A stretch of DNA of 64,000 nt from an uncultured Verrucomicrobiota bacterium (GTDB lineage Bacteria; Verrucomicrobiota; Verrucomicrobiia; Limisphaerales; CAZIFU01). The notes below the pieces were generated by a model. That model was given only the letters and a program-made list of their open reading frames with translations, did no database searches and was not told the DNA's origin. Where the stretch lies: the NCBI GenBank assembly GCA_964539075.1, contig CAZIFU010000287.1:15134-79133 (forward strand), given 5' to 3'. This document shows, one piece after another, positions 17,056 through 26,597 of this stretch; within the stretch, counting starts at the first letter, position 1, and the number at the start of each line of letters is the position of its first letter. The position numbers and the translations under genes were made by a program.

Positions 17056-19197
17056 TTAAAAGGAGAGAATTTTGAACAGGTTGCTCTCCTCGTCGGTCCA
17101 CAGGCGGATGCGGTGAAAATCGCCTGCCGGCTCATCGGTGGCGTCACGGATCTGTTTGGTCTGCAGAAATTCATCATTGCGCGTCACCAGCATCCACTCG
17201 GAATTATAGGCGCCCGATGTTTCCTCGTCCTCCTCGCGTTCGTCCACGTCGTCGTCGTCAATGATCGCGCACGGGAAGCGAAAATGGTCCGCCAGCCCGA
17301 GCACCACCGGTTGCAGGTTCAGGTAGCGGTTGGAAATGTGCACGCAGATCACGCCGTCGGGCTTCATGTGGCGCTGGTAGGTTTCAAAGCACTCTTTGGT
17401 CAGCAAATGCACCGGAATGGCGTCGCTGCTGAAGGCGTCGAGCACCAGGATGTCGAACTGTTGCGGCGCCTCGCGTTCGAGGGAGAGCCGCGCGTCGCCC
17501 AGGATGATTTCGACCCTGGCCTCGCAATTCGACAGGTAGGTGAAACGGGTTTGGGCAATCTGCTTCACTTCCGGGTTGATTTCGTAAATGCGGATATAAT
17601 CACCGGGCTTGCCATGGGCCGTCACCGTGGCGGTGCCCAGGCCGACCACCCCGATGCGCCGGTTGATTTGCCGGGGAAAATGACGCATCGTAAGGCCCAC
17701 GCCACTGCTCTTGGTATAATACGTGGTTGCCAGCCGCTGCTTGTCTGGTGCCACGAACTGCAGGCCATGCGTGGTGCCGCCATGCTGCAACACGATTCGG
17801 TGGTTACTGGGCGTGTCTTTGCCGGATTCGTACGCGGTGAGGACCCCATAAAAATTGCGCGAGCGCGTGAGGATTTGCTTCCATTCCTCGGGCTCATCGC
17901 CATAAAGCGCGATGGCCAACCCCACCAGCACGACGATCAACACGTCCCGCGCCCAGCGGGGTCGGCCGCCGTGGAGCGGACTGGCCGGGTCGTGAAACAG
18001 CGCCAGCACCGCCAGGAGGCAGCAGGCCCAGAAGCCCCAATGCAATTCCGCATACGAACGGAACACCAACGGCGCCACCAGTGCCACCAGCAGCCCGCCA
18101 AACGCGCCCCCGGCGGCGATCATCAGATAGAAGGCTGTCAAGTGTTTGGGGCTGGGCCGGAGGCGATAGAGTTCCCCGTGGCACACCATGCAGCCGATGA
18201 ACATCGCGGTCAGATACACGGTGATCTCGGTTAACATGCGGGGAGCCTGAACCGCGTGATCCAGGAGCCAGACCACCGGCCGAAGCCAGATACTGGCCGA
18301 GTCCGGTACGGGCTTGCCCAGCATGATCCAAACCACCGCGCCGAGGGCCAGCACCAACCCGGAAAGCCACACCGGCCGCCAATACCAGCGGGGGCTGTCG
18401 AAACTGACGATAAATGACACCAGATAAAAGCTCAACGGCAGCACCCACAAAAATGGGATCACCGCAATGTCCTGGCAGATTTTGTTCGTCACTGCCAGCA
18501 GCAACACCGAGGCGCACGCGGGTAGAAAAAACCACAGCAACCGTCTGACCGCGCTGATTTCCTCCGGCTCCGATGTCCCGTGGCCAGGCGGTGGTTCGAC
18601 CGGCTTCGCCGATTTTTTCCAGAGGCTCACCGCGCAGTAACCGCAGACCAGGACGAAGACACCCAGCCCCGCCGACCAGAGATTCGCTTGGTCCCGGCGC
18701 GTGAGGTTCGGCTCGACCACGAAGGGGTAACCCACCAGCGCCAGCAGTGAACCGACGTTGGAGAGCGCGTAGAGGCGGTAAGGTGATGCCCCCGGCCGCG
18801 TCTGGCTGAACCACGCTTGCAGCAGCGGCCCAGTGGCCGAAAGCACAAAATAAGGAAGGCCCAGCGTAATGAACAACAAAACAAGAATCCGCCACATGGG
18901 ATTGCCCGGATCAGCCGGCTTCCACCCGTTGTCCGGCGGGATCAGCCACAACGCCAATGCCAGCGCCGCCAGGAGCAGCGCCAGATGCACGACCGCCTGT
19001 GCGCGCGGCCGCAGCCATCGGATGCTGAAATGCGCGTAAGCATAACCGCCCAACAGCAGCGTCTGGAAAAACAACATGCAGGTCGTCCAGACTGCCGGCG
19101 TGCCGCCGAACCACGGCAGGATGAATTTGCCGATCAGCGGTTGGACCAGGAACAACAGGAACGCACCGGTGAAGATGGCCAGACTGTAAGCGAGCAT
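17056..19197 (-). CDS. Fused membrane domain / spermidine synthase-like SAM-dependent protein
   Basis: Multi-TM N-terminal half; HGGTTHGLQ, VVGLG, YEINP, GDARLSLE, DAFSSDAIPVHLLT. Confidence 0.88.
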   Translation of the reverse strand: MLAYSLAIFTGAFLLFLVQPLIGKFILPWFGGTPAVWTTCMLFFQTLLLGGYAYAHFSIRWLRPRAQAVVHLALLLAALALALWLIPPDNGWKPADPGNPMWRILVLLFITLGLPYFVLSATGPLLQAWFSQTRPGASPYRLYALSNVGSLLALVGYPFVVEPNLTRRDQANLWSAGLGVFVLVCGYCAVSLWKKSAKPVEPPPGHGTSEPEEISAVRRLLWFFLPACASVLLLAVTNKICQDIAVIPFLWVLPLSFYLVSFIVSFDSPRWYWRPVWLSGLVLALGAVVWIMLGKPVPDSASIWLRPVVWLLDHAVQAPRMLTEITVYLTAMFIGCMVCHGELYRLRPSPKHLTAFYLMIAAGGAFGGLLVALVAPLVFRSYAELHWGFWACCLLAVLALFHDPASPLHGGRPRWARDVLIVVLVGLAIALYGDEPEEWKQILTRSRNFYGVLTAYESGKDTPSNHRIVLQHGGTTHGLQFVAPDKQRLATTYYTKSSGVGLTMRHFPRQINRRIGVVGLGTATVTAHGKPGDYIRIYEINPEVKQIAQTRFTYLSNCEARVEIILGDARLSLEREAPQQFDILVLDAFSSDAIPVHLLTKECFETYQRHMKPDGVICVHISNRYLNLQPVVLGLADHFRFPCAIIDDDDVDEREEDEETSGAYNSEWMLVTRNDEFLQTKQIRDATDEPAGDFHRIRLWTDEESNLFKILSF

Positions 19198-19233
19198 GGC
19201 GCGAGGGAAAAAAGTGGCGGCGCGCGACGGGAC

Positions 19234-20016
19234 TCAGTTGGCGTATTTGGCCAGCAGGCGTTGCAGGCTGGCTTCGGTCAATCCCGCCGGATGTCCTTCC
19301 CAGCGCACGATGCCCCGTGGATCGATCAGGAGGCCGTGGGGGATCCCGCGCACCTGCGCGGCGGCAGCCGTCCGGCCGCGGGTGTCGATCGCGCTGTAGT
19401 ATTCCATCTTCGGCGTGGTCAACTTGCGCACCGTTGCTTCCGGCTCATCAGACAACCCCAACACGATCAGGCGGTCGCCATATTTGTCATGCAGTGCGTT
19501 CAAGTGGGGAATCGAGGCCCGGCACGGCCCGCACCAGGTCGCCCAGAAATCCACGAAGAGAAACTTTCCCTCGCGTGACGGCGCTTCCTTGATCCACTTT
19601 TCCACGGCGATGGCGGGCGCAGGCTGGTTGAGAAAAGACTTCGCTGATATTTTATTGGCCGCGTCGGCAACTTCCGGTTCCGCGCCGCCGCGCGGGTGGG
19701 GGGCCGGGGTGTTGGGCGTCAGATACATCGGGTGACCGCCTTTGGCCCTGGCTTCCGCCTGGAGCTTTTCCGCCTCCGCCGCCTTGACTGCGTCAAAGCC
19801 GAACTTCTTCTGCAATTCCGGGTCCAGCTCTTTGAGCTTCGCGTTGGCGACCCCGCCGGCGTGCATGAAATACAAATCCGTGGCCGACTGGGCGGTGACG
19901 ATGGCGTTGGTGTACGTGCGCGGTCCCACCTTGAGCGTCGCAAGTTTTTCCTCGGCGGCCCACAGGGTGGAGGTGAGCACGGCCAGGCCTGCCCACCGAA
20001 TAATTCGGGACGTCAT
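19234..20016 (-). CDS. TlpA-family thiol-disulfide reductase
   Basis: Signal peptide; VDFWATWCGPC. Confidence 0.88.
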   Translation of the reverse strand: MTSRIIRWAGLAVLTSTLWAAEEKLATLKVGPRTYTNAIVTAQSATDLYFMHAGGVANAKLKELDPELQKKFGFDAVKAAEAEKLQAEARAKGGHPMYLTPNTPAPHPRGGAEPEVADAANKISAKSFLNQPAPAIAVEKWIKEAPSREGKFLFVDFWATWCGPCRASIPHLNALHDKYGDRLIVLGLSDEPEATVRKLTTPKMEYYSAIDTRGRTAAAAQVRGIPHGLLIDPRGIVRWEGHPAGLTEASLQRLLAKYAN

Positions 20017-20073
20017 CCCTTGCGTATGCCTGAGGACCGGACGTTTGACAAGACTAACCGCGTGGGCGCTCGT

Positions 20074-20856
20074 TCAGCGCGTTTTGCCGATCGGGTCCGC
20101 CTTCCCGTCGTTTCTGAAATTGTCCCGCCAATGGCTCAGGAAGAATTTCTTCTCCATCGGCAAAAAAGTGTCCGCCGTGCCCACGATCGGGCGCAACGCC
20201 GTGGACATTTGCAAAGCGACGAGCAGAAAGAGGACCGTCCACACGCGCCGCCCGCCCCCCGCCTGGCCGCTCAAATGGCGGAAGCCGGCGTCCAGAAAGC
20301 GCAGGCCGAAATACGTGGCGAGCAGCCAGAACGACAGGTGCAGTGCCCCCATGGCCGTCAGCGATTCTGTGGTCTGCGAAAACACCCAGGCCACCGGCGC
20401 GAACCCGATCAACAACACCGTCATCAGCGCCAGCAAACCCGCCAGCAAACCGAGCACCTCCACCAGCCGTCCTTGCGAACCGCCGAGGCACGAAAAAATG
20501 TAGAGGCTCGGCAAACAGATCAGCGCCGAAAGAAGCAGCCCGCCGGCGATCTTGACCGGCGCCGCCCAGAGTTGCGTTCCGCCCGAAAACGTGCCGACGA
20601 CAAGCCCGTACGTCAGGGCGCAAAAGATCGCGCTGACGAGCAGCGCGCTGACGAGCGGGCCGGGCCGCGGCTGGCGCAACTGAAACATCACGCGGCGCGG
20701 CTGGCGCAGGAGGGCTTCGATGGCGCTGACGAGATTCAGGATGGGCCGGTCCTCGCCTGGATTTCCGCCCAAGGGGCGATTGGCAGCATCGAGCGGCGCT
20801 TGGACCGGCGGGATTTGCGGCGGCACGAGGGGCGGGGTGGAGGGCAAGTCGTTCAT
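20074..20856 (-). CDS. Yip1-like multi-pass membrane protein
   Basis: About five TM helices; paralog of the next ORF (both end in LRPxVG...F). Confidence 0.7.
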   Translation of the reverse strand: MNDLPSTPPLVPPQIPPVQAPLDAANRPLGGNPGEDRPILNLVSAIEALLRQPRRVMFQLRQPRPGPLVSALLVSAIFCALTYGLVVGTFSGGTQLWAAPVKIAGGLLLSALICLPSLYIFSCLGGSQGRLVEVLGLLAGLLALMTVLLIGFAPVAWVFSQTTESLTAMGALHLSFWLLATYFGLRFLDAGFRHLSGQAGGGRRVWTVLFLLVALQMSTALRPIVGTADTFLPMEKKFFLSHWRDNFRNDGKADPIGKTR

Positions 20857-20882
20857 GGTGTCGTTTTGGTTGAAGTGTTTGT

Positions 20883-21596
20883 TCACGGTGAAAACAGATG
20901 GCGCGCAGCGCGGAAGAGCGCTTCGTAGAAACTGCCGCGCAACCAGTCGTCGCGGAGGAATTGCACGGGCAATCCCGGCGAGCCGACGAACGGCCGGAGA
21001 ATCCACGCGAGCTGGCTGCCGAGGAACAGGTTTACCGCCAGCCAGGCGAAAAGGACTTTGCGGGCGATGACCCGGCTGCCGCTGAATTCGCGCAACAGTT
21101 GAACCAGGCGCACATTCGCCGTCATGCCCGCGAACGCGATCATCGCCGTCTGCGACACCAGAATGAAGCTGTAGGCTGACAAGTTGACGCGCGAGCCTGG
21201 CTCAAGTGGCGGCGTGTTCCAGACCAGGAAATAAAGCACGGGGCTGAACGCGCCGAGAATGACCGCGGCGATGGTGAAGCTGAGCAGCACGGCGAGCAGC
21301 GACTGGCGCACAGTGAGGTTGAGGCCCAGCAACGGGGCGAGCATCGCGTTGAGCAGGCCATTGCCCAGGGTGGTGAGCAGGAGGATGAGCGGCAGCTTGA
21401 TGGCCGTGTAGAGCGCTTGCAGCGGGTCGCGCCAGGAACCAATCGCCGCGCCAAACGCGGCCGTGCCGGCGACGATCACGACGAGGCACAGGTGGAGCCG
21501 CGCGGAGGTCCATTGCTCCAGCCAGCCGCGGATGGGTCGCGCTTCGCCGCGCAGCAGCACGGGAACGTCGCGAAGCTGGATGGCCAGGACATTCAT
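20883..21596 (-). CDS. Yip1-like multi-pass membrane protein
   Basis: AIKLPL and QLAWILRPFVG; overlaps neighbour by 4 nt. Confidence 0.7.
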   Translation of the reverse strand: MNVLAIQLRDVPVLLRGEARPIRGWLEQWTSARLHLCLVVIVAGTAAFGAAIGSWRDPLQALYTAIKLPLILLLTTLGNGLLNAMLAPLLGLNLTVRQSLLAVLLSFTIAAVILGAFSPVLYFLVWNTPPLEPGSRVNLSAYSFILVSQTAMIAFAGMTANVRLVQLLREFSGSRVIARKVLFAWLAVNLFLGSQLAWILRPFVGSPGLPVQFLRDDWLRGSFYEALFRAARHLFSP

Positions 21597-22309
21597 GGCG
21601 TTGGCTCAATGAATCTGCACGCCGCTAGCGCGCCACCGGTGTCGGAGCGAATCCTTCGCAACACCATCGCCACCGGCGCGGACATCAGCAGTAGCGCGAC
21701 GAGGAACAGCGGCCAATTGAAGCGTTCGGGAAGCAGGTTCCGTAGCGCGTCGTCGCCTTGTCCAGCCACACGCAGGGCGTCGGCCATGAACACGTAGAGC
21801 ACCAGAGCGGCACCGGCCGCGGCCAGCGCCCACCAAGTCCACTCGGCGCGCGGGGCCGGTGGCGTGCGCTCAAATTGAGTCACAGCCGTGCCCCAAAGAA
21901 CCATCAACGTGGCGATACAAACCGGCGCCAGCACCGGGCTCCACCACGGCAGCGGCACCAAAAACAGAATGTCCCAATCGAACAATGACCGCGGCCAGCC
22001 GGTGATCGCTTTCAGGAAAACGTAGTAGAAAATGTCCCACACGCCGAATGCGATCAGGCCGTAGCCCAGCCGCGTGCGCCACGTCCGGCCCGCGAGCCAG
22101 CCGACGGTCAGCAACATGATCAACGTGGCCAGCTCGCGGACCATTTCAGCCGGCGCGAGACCCCCGAATTTCGGCAAGGGATACGGCTGATACGGTTCGA
22201 TACGGTCAATCAACGTCCGCAGGTAGAACACAACCGCCGCTTCGACCCAGGCCATCGCGACGGCATAGACGACGACGATCAGCCAGCGGCGGCAGCAGCG
22301 GTGGTTCAT
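21593..22309 (-). CDS. Hypothetical membrane protein
   Basis: Hydrophobic ORF with WVEAAVV, RELAT, WDIFYY, WDILFLVP; coupled to ispH by ATGA overlap. Confidence 0.75.
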   Translation of the reverse strand: MNHRCCRRWLIVVVYAVAMAWVEAAVVFYLRTLIDRIEPYQPYPLPKFGGLAPAEMVRELATLIMLLTVGWLAGRTWRTRLGYGLIAFGVWDIFYYVFLKAITGWPRSLFDWDILFLVPLPWWSPVLAPVCIATLMVLWGTAVTQFERTPPAPRAEWTWWALAAAGAALVLYVFMADALRVAGQGDDALRNLLPERFNWPLFLVALLLMSAPVAMVLRRIRSDTGGALAACRFIEPTP

Positions 22310-23244
22310 GCGAGAGAGATCAGTGGGTCGTGGATTTCTACCAGTTCGCGCAGGCGCGTTTCGACGGCGTCGATGAGCGGGTCGGGCGTGGACGTGCCGG
22401 CGGTGATCCCGACGATTTCAGCCCCGGCGAACCATTCCTCGCGCAGATCCCCGGCAGTCTGCACGTGGTGGACCCGCCGGCAATGACGGCTGCAGGTGCT
22501 GACCAGTTCGCGCGTGTTGTTGCTGTGCGCGCCGCCAATGACCACCACCACGTCGCACCGTCGAGCCAGTTCGATGGCTGCCGTCTGGCGTTGCTTGGTC
22601 GGCTGGCAGACCGTGTCCGTGAACCGCACCTCGGAACGCGGAAAACGTTGAAGGATCAACGCCACCAGCCGCCGCACCCGGTCAATCGGCTGGGTCGTCT
22701 GCGCGACAATTCCAAACCGGGCGTGTTCCCTCAGCTTTGCCACGTCTGCCTCGGTCAAAACCACGTCGAACGCGTCCAAATCCTCCGTCATGCCGCGCAC
22801 CTCCACGTGGTCGCGCTTGCCGACGATGACCGGATGACAGCCTTGCTCGACCAGCCTGGCCAGGGCGCGGTGCGCGAAGGCCACCAGCGGGCACGTGGCC
22901 TCCAGCACGTTCAAGCCGCGCTCGCGCACCCGGCTCTTGGTCCGTTCCGACGCGCCGTGGGCGGTCACCATCACCGTCGGTGTGGTCACGCCGGCCACCT
23001 GCTGCTCGAGGCGAATGCCTCTGGCGCGAAGGCCGGCGAGGACCGTTTCGTTATGAACCAGGTCGCCGAGTATGGTCAACGGGCCGGCGGCTGCCTGCTC
23101 CTCGGCCAGCGCGATGGCGTCGCGGACGCCGAAGCACATGCCGAGGTGTTCGGCGCGGAGGATTTTCAGTCTGGCGGGCGGCGGCGCAAACGGAGCCGGG
23201 CCGGCGGGCGGATTCCAATGCGGGGTGGCGGAAGTTTGTGTCAT
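22306..23244 (-). CDS. ispH: 4-hydroxy-3-methylbut-2-enyl diphosphate reductase
   Basis: GMCFGV, LVHN, AHG, ATCPLV, HVEV, DTVC, SNN, TAGTSTP: three Fe-S cysteines and catalytic His/Glu present. Confidence 0.92.
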   Translation of the reverse strand: MTQTSATPHWNPPAGPAPFAPPPARLKILRAEHLGMCFGVRDAIALAEEQAAAGPLTILGDLVHNETVLAGLRARGIRLEQQVAGVTTPTVMVTAHGASERTKSRVRERGLNVLEATCPLVAFAHRALARLVEQGCHPVIVGKRDHVEVRGMTEDLDAFDVVLTEADVAKLREHARFGIVAQTTQPIDRVRRLVALILQRFPRSEVRFTDTVCQPTKQRQTAAIELARRCDVVVVIGGAHSNNTRELVSTCSRHCRRVHHVQTAGDLREEWFAGAEIVGITAGTSTPDPLIDAVETRLRELVEIHDPLISLA

Positions 23245-23253
23245 GGCCGATTA

Positions 23254-23270
23254 GCTTTGTATTGCAAAGT
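23254..23270. promoter_or_regulatory. Candidate operator CTTTG-N5-CAAAG upstream of ispH
   Basis: GCTTTGtattgCAAAGT; same motif at 24256. Confidence 0.55.
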
Positions 23271-23313
23271 ATAAGACTTGAAGGGTTCGTTGGCGTTCAA
23301 AATATTTTTCGAT

Positions 23314-23625
23314 TCAGCGGGCCCGGCGGGACTGGCGGACGATTTGTTCGAGCAGGTTGATGTAGGCGGCGAACGCCTTCTTGCCGGCGGCCGTCAGCGC
23401 GCAGGTGGTCAGCGGGCGGTTGTTCTGGAAGGATTTGGCCACGGCGACGTAACCGGCCTCCCGCAGGGTGCGGATGTGGGTGGTCAGATTGCCGTCGGTC
23501 ATTTCAAGCGTGTCGCGCAGCTCGGTGAACGACAGTTCGGGTGTGGCGGCCAGCGACGACATGATGGCCATGCGCCCCTTTTCGTGAATCACCCGGTCGA
23601 GCTGAAGGAAAGGTTCCGGGTTCAC
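23314..23625 (-). CDS. Winged-helix transcriptional regulator (MarR/ArsR-like)
   Basis: LDRVIHEKGRMAIM, SFTELRDTLEMTDGNLTTHIRTL, LTAAGKKAF. Confidence 0.9.
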   Translation of the reverse strand: MNPEPFLQLDRVIHEKGRMAIMSSLAATPELSFTELRDTLEMTDGNLTTHIRTLREAGYVAVAKSFQNNRPLTTCALTAAGKKAFAAYINLLEQIVRQSRRAR

Positions 23626-24248
23626 GCTTCATTCTTCCGCTGCTCGGTGAAGTGGAGGTAAACACCGTAGGCCAGATGCAGTCCGCCGAACAAAACGCCC
23701 ATCACCGGGTGTGGCGACTTCGCCGGCCAGGCATTTTCCGAAATGGCCAGGCCCAGTGCCAGCGCGCAGCCACAAAGGATGAAACCCCAGCCGAAGAGTC
23801 TGATGCCGCGCGGCGTGAAGAACCCGGCCGCGTTGAGCGCGCAGCCGTAAAACAGCGCCCAGATGGGAATCAGCCAGCCCACAATCACGGACTCGTGCTG
23901 CCACTTCTGCGCGAGAATCAAAGTCAACACCGCCACGCCGAAAAACGGCGGGAGCAAGGCCTGGGTGATCCGGCGCGCGGGCGGCGACCAGAACGGCTCG
24001 GCGTCTTTCAAGGACTGCCGGCGCGCCAGCAGGTAGGAAGCGGCCAGGGCGGCCACGGCGGTCAGCAGCCACAAACCGACAAAGCCGCGGGTGGAGTGGA
24101 ATCCTCCCAGTTCGCCGACGAACGCGGCCGCCACGCCCAGCAGCCCGGCGCAAAGCATGATGGGCGCCAGCGCGCAACGGTAAATCGCCGAACGTTCCAT
24201 CAAGGTCCGGATCACTTGCAGGTTGTCCTCCGCCCAGTTCAGTTTCAT
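23622..24248 (-). CDS. Hypothetical membrane protein
   Basis: AEDNLQVIRTLMERS N-terminus, about six TM segments, FGGLHLAYG. Confidence 0.8.
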   Translation of the reverse strand: MKLNWAEDNLQVIRTLMERSAIYRCALAPIMLCAGLLGVAAAFVGELGGFHSTRGFVGLWLLTAVAALAASYLLARRQSLKDAEPFWSPPARRITQALLPPFFGVAVLTLILAQKWQHESVIVGWLIPIWALFYGCALNAAGFFTPRGIRLFGWGFILCGCALALGLAISENAWPAKSPHPVMGVLFGGLHLAYGVYLHFTEQRKNEA

Positions 24249-24255
24249 GCCGGAT

Positions 24256-24272
24256 ACTTTGCGCGGCAAAGT
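24256..24272. promoter_or_regulatory. Candidate operator ACTTTG-N5-CAAAGT
   Basis: Perfect 6-bp inverted arms 7 nt upstream of ATG 24248; TTGACT just upstream. Confidence 0.55.
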
Positions 24273-24349
24273 TAAAGAGTCAAGTCAATATTTCTGCGCA
24301 CGATCGGGAGGGTGGGGCGAGGACAGGTTGAAATCCTGCCGCTCAGCGT

Positions 24350-26293
24350 TCACTGCTGAAAGGCGGCGTGCTGCGGATTGCCTTCGGACATCAGGTAGGC
24401 CAGCAGGTCGAGGATCTGTTCCTCTTGGAGCAGGTTCAACAGCCCGCCGGGCATCAGCGAGAGCGCCTGCGGTTCGCGCGCCAGCAGATCCTTCTTCGCG
24501 TACTTCGTGATGAGCGTTTCGGACGGGCCGGTCTGGATGAAAACCGAGTCGCCTTCCTCCCTCACGATGAAGCCGGTGATCGGTTCGTCGCTGCCGATCT
24601 TAAAATTGTAGGCGCGGTAGCGCGGCTCGATGACTTTCGACGGGTCGAGGATTTCCGCGAGCACGGCCCGGGGGTCGTCTTTGTATTTGGCGAACACGCC
24701 CGTGAGGTTCGGCCCATAGGCGGCGCCGTGGTCGCGGACCTGATGGCACGCGACGCAACCCACGCTGGTGAAAAGCTCTTTGCCCTTCTCGAAGCCGCGT
24801 CCGCTCGCCAGCTTGCTGAGCGCGGGCGCGAGGTCTTCGAACTTCCACTCGGTAATGGCCGGCGCGGCCGGCTCGTTTGGATTTTTGGTGAGGTATTCCT
24901 CCAAGTCGTCCACGACCATCATCACGCCGCGCATCCGCTGCCAGTGGCCGGGGAATGTGCAGACGTAAGGATACTTGTCGGCCTGCTTCGGCGCAGTGAA
25001 CGACAGCTTTGTCTTCTCGTCGGGGTTGATGAGTTTGGTGGCGAAGAGCACCTTCGGTGAAGCGGGGATGTAGAGGCGGCCCTGCTCGTCGGGCACGGGC
25101 GGCATCTTCTCGGCGGCAGAGCCGATTTCCTCCAATGCACCGGGTGCGACGATGACGAGGTTGTGCGGCATCGCGTCGGGGTTCTCGAAGTGAATCTCCA
25201 CCGGCTTGCCGGCCTCGACGACGATCTGCGTTTTGTCGAAGAACATCTGCTCGTGGAGGGTCTTGATGACGATGACACGCACCGAAAGGCTGCCGAGGGT
25301 TTTGCGGATGCTCTTGCCGTCATCGGCGGGGAGCAAGAGCGAAAGGTCGCTGGCGAGCGAGGCCACGGCCAGGAAGTCCGGCCCGGTGCGCTGGGCGGGT
25401 GGCACCCTGGCCGCGTAGTCCACGAGGCTCTGCGCAACAAGCCCGGCGAGTTCCTTGTTCCAGGAATCCTTCGGCAGCTTCGCCAGCGCGTGGACGGCGA
25501 GGAGGCGCTCCTGGCCCTGCTGAATCAAACCGGCGAGCAGCGCAAAGTTTTCCTTCTCGCTGCCTTTCATCGCGGAGAGCGCGGCGATGGCGGCGCGGAG
25601 AACTTCGGGAGTCGGCGCGCTCATCACCAGGGGCGCGACCTTCGACTGGAATTGTGCGCGGAGCGCCGCGTCCGGCACGCGCGGCAAACCGGCGACGATG
25701 GCGGCGAGGCGGTCGTTGTCCTGCGACGCGGCGGTCCAGACGGCATCGGCATTGCCTTCGGCGATGATGAGGCCGGCGGCGGCGGCTTCCTTCGCGGCGG
25801 AGTGCTTTGCCTTGCCGAGCAGCGCGTCGAGGGCGGCTTTCTTCGCGGCGAATTCAGCGGGCTTGGATTTCACGAGCAACTTTGCGAGGTCGTTGAGGAC
25901 GGTGGCGGCATCCTTGTCCTCCCTGGCGTCGAGGCGTTCGAGCGAGGCGAGGAGTTCGGTGACGCGGTCGGTCTTGCGGATCAGGGCGAGCGCATCCACG
26001 GCCTCTTCGCGGTCCTTGGCGCTCATCTTCGCGCGCTCGAGGATGGCCTCATAAACCGGCGCGTATTTCGCGTCGGTCGTCTGGCGGTCCACCATGAGGA
26101 GCTGGACGTTGGAGAGGCGGCCGAGCTGGTAGGCGACCAGGCGCGGACTTTTGTCGAGGAACACGACGGGCTTCTCGATCTGGGCGGCGTCGCTGTGGTT
26201 GTGCTCCGCGTTCTGGGCGGGCAGCGGCGCGGTGGAAAGGGAAACAGCCGCGATCAACGGGAGCCAGTGGCTGGTGAGGATGAGTCGGCGCAT
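24350..26293 (-). CDS. Secreted HEAT-repeat / cupredoxin / cytochrome c protein
   Basis: Signal peptide; MPHN and CTFPGHWQRM type-1 Cu ligands; CVACH heme motif; GPNLT, EILDPS, SLMPGGL. Confidence 0.88.
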   Translation of the reverse strand: MRRLILTSHWLPLIAAVSLSTAPLPAQNAEHNHSDAAQIEKPVVFLDKSPRLVAYQLGRLSNVQLLMVDRQTTDAKYAPVYEAILERAKMSAKDREEAVDALALIRKTDRVTELLASLERLDAREDKDAATVLNDLAKLLVKSKPAEFAAKKAALDALLGKAKHSAAKEAAAAGLIIAEGNADAVWTAASQDNDRLAAIVAGLPRVPDAALRAQFQSKVAPLVMSAPTPEVLRAAIAALSAMKGSEKENFALLAGLIQQGQERLLAVHALAKLPKDSWNKELAGLVAQSLVDYAARVPPAQRTGPDFLAVASLASDLSLLLPADDGKSIRKTLGSLSVRVIVIKTLHEQMFFDKTQIVVEAGKPVEIHFENPDAMPHNLVIVAPGALEEIGSAAEKMPPVPDEQGRLYIPASPKVLFATKLINPDEKTKLSFTAPKQADKYPYVCTFPGHWQRMRGVMMVVDDLEEYLTKNPNEPAAPAITEWKFEDLAPALSKLASGRGFEKGKELFTSVGCVACHQVRDHGAAYGPNLTGVFAKYKDDPRAVLAEILDPSKVIEPRYRAYNFKIGSDEPITGFIVREEGDSVFIQTGPSETLITKYAKKDLLAREPQALSLMPGGLLNLLQEEQILDLLAYLMSEGNPQHAAFQQ

Positions 26294-26388
26294 ATACTGT
26301 CGAGGCAGTATGCCAAAGGAAGGGACGGTTTCCAGTGGAGATTGTTCAAGCGCGGAGCCAGAGCGCGGATGCCTTCATGCGCGTGATT

Positions 26389-26595
26389 GTTTGGAGTTCA
26401 GGCTTTAGCCTGCTCTGGCCGTGACAAGCTGAAGAGGCTGTGTGAAAAATACCCCAACGCCGCATCCTCCTCGTTCTCGTCCTCGTCCTCGTCCTCGAAA
26501 ACCCTTGAAAAATCGAGGACGAGGACGAGAACGACGACGAGGATAAACCGTCACGAAGGGTTTTTCACACAGCCTCTGAAGCTTGAACTCCGAAC
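26389..26595. repeat. GGAGT-type REP hairpin interrupted by a MITE
   Basis: gtttggagttcaggctttagcc ... caagctgaa[MITE]tgaagcttgaactccgaac. Confidence 0.75.
26434..26576. mobile_element. 143-bp MITE-like element
   Basis: Perfect 16-bp terminal inverted repeats GAGGCTGTGTGAAAAA; 4-bp target duplication TGAA; internal (GTCCTC)n/(GAGGAC)n hairpin. Confidence 0.85.
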
Positions 26596-26597
26596 GC

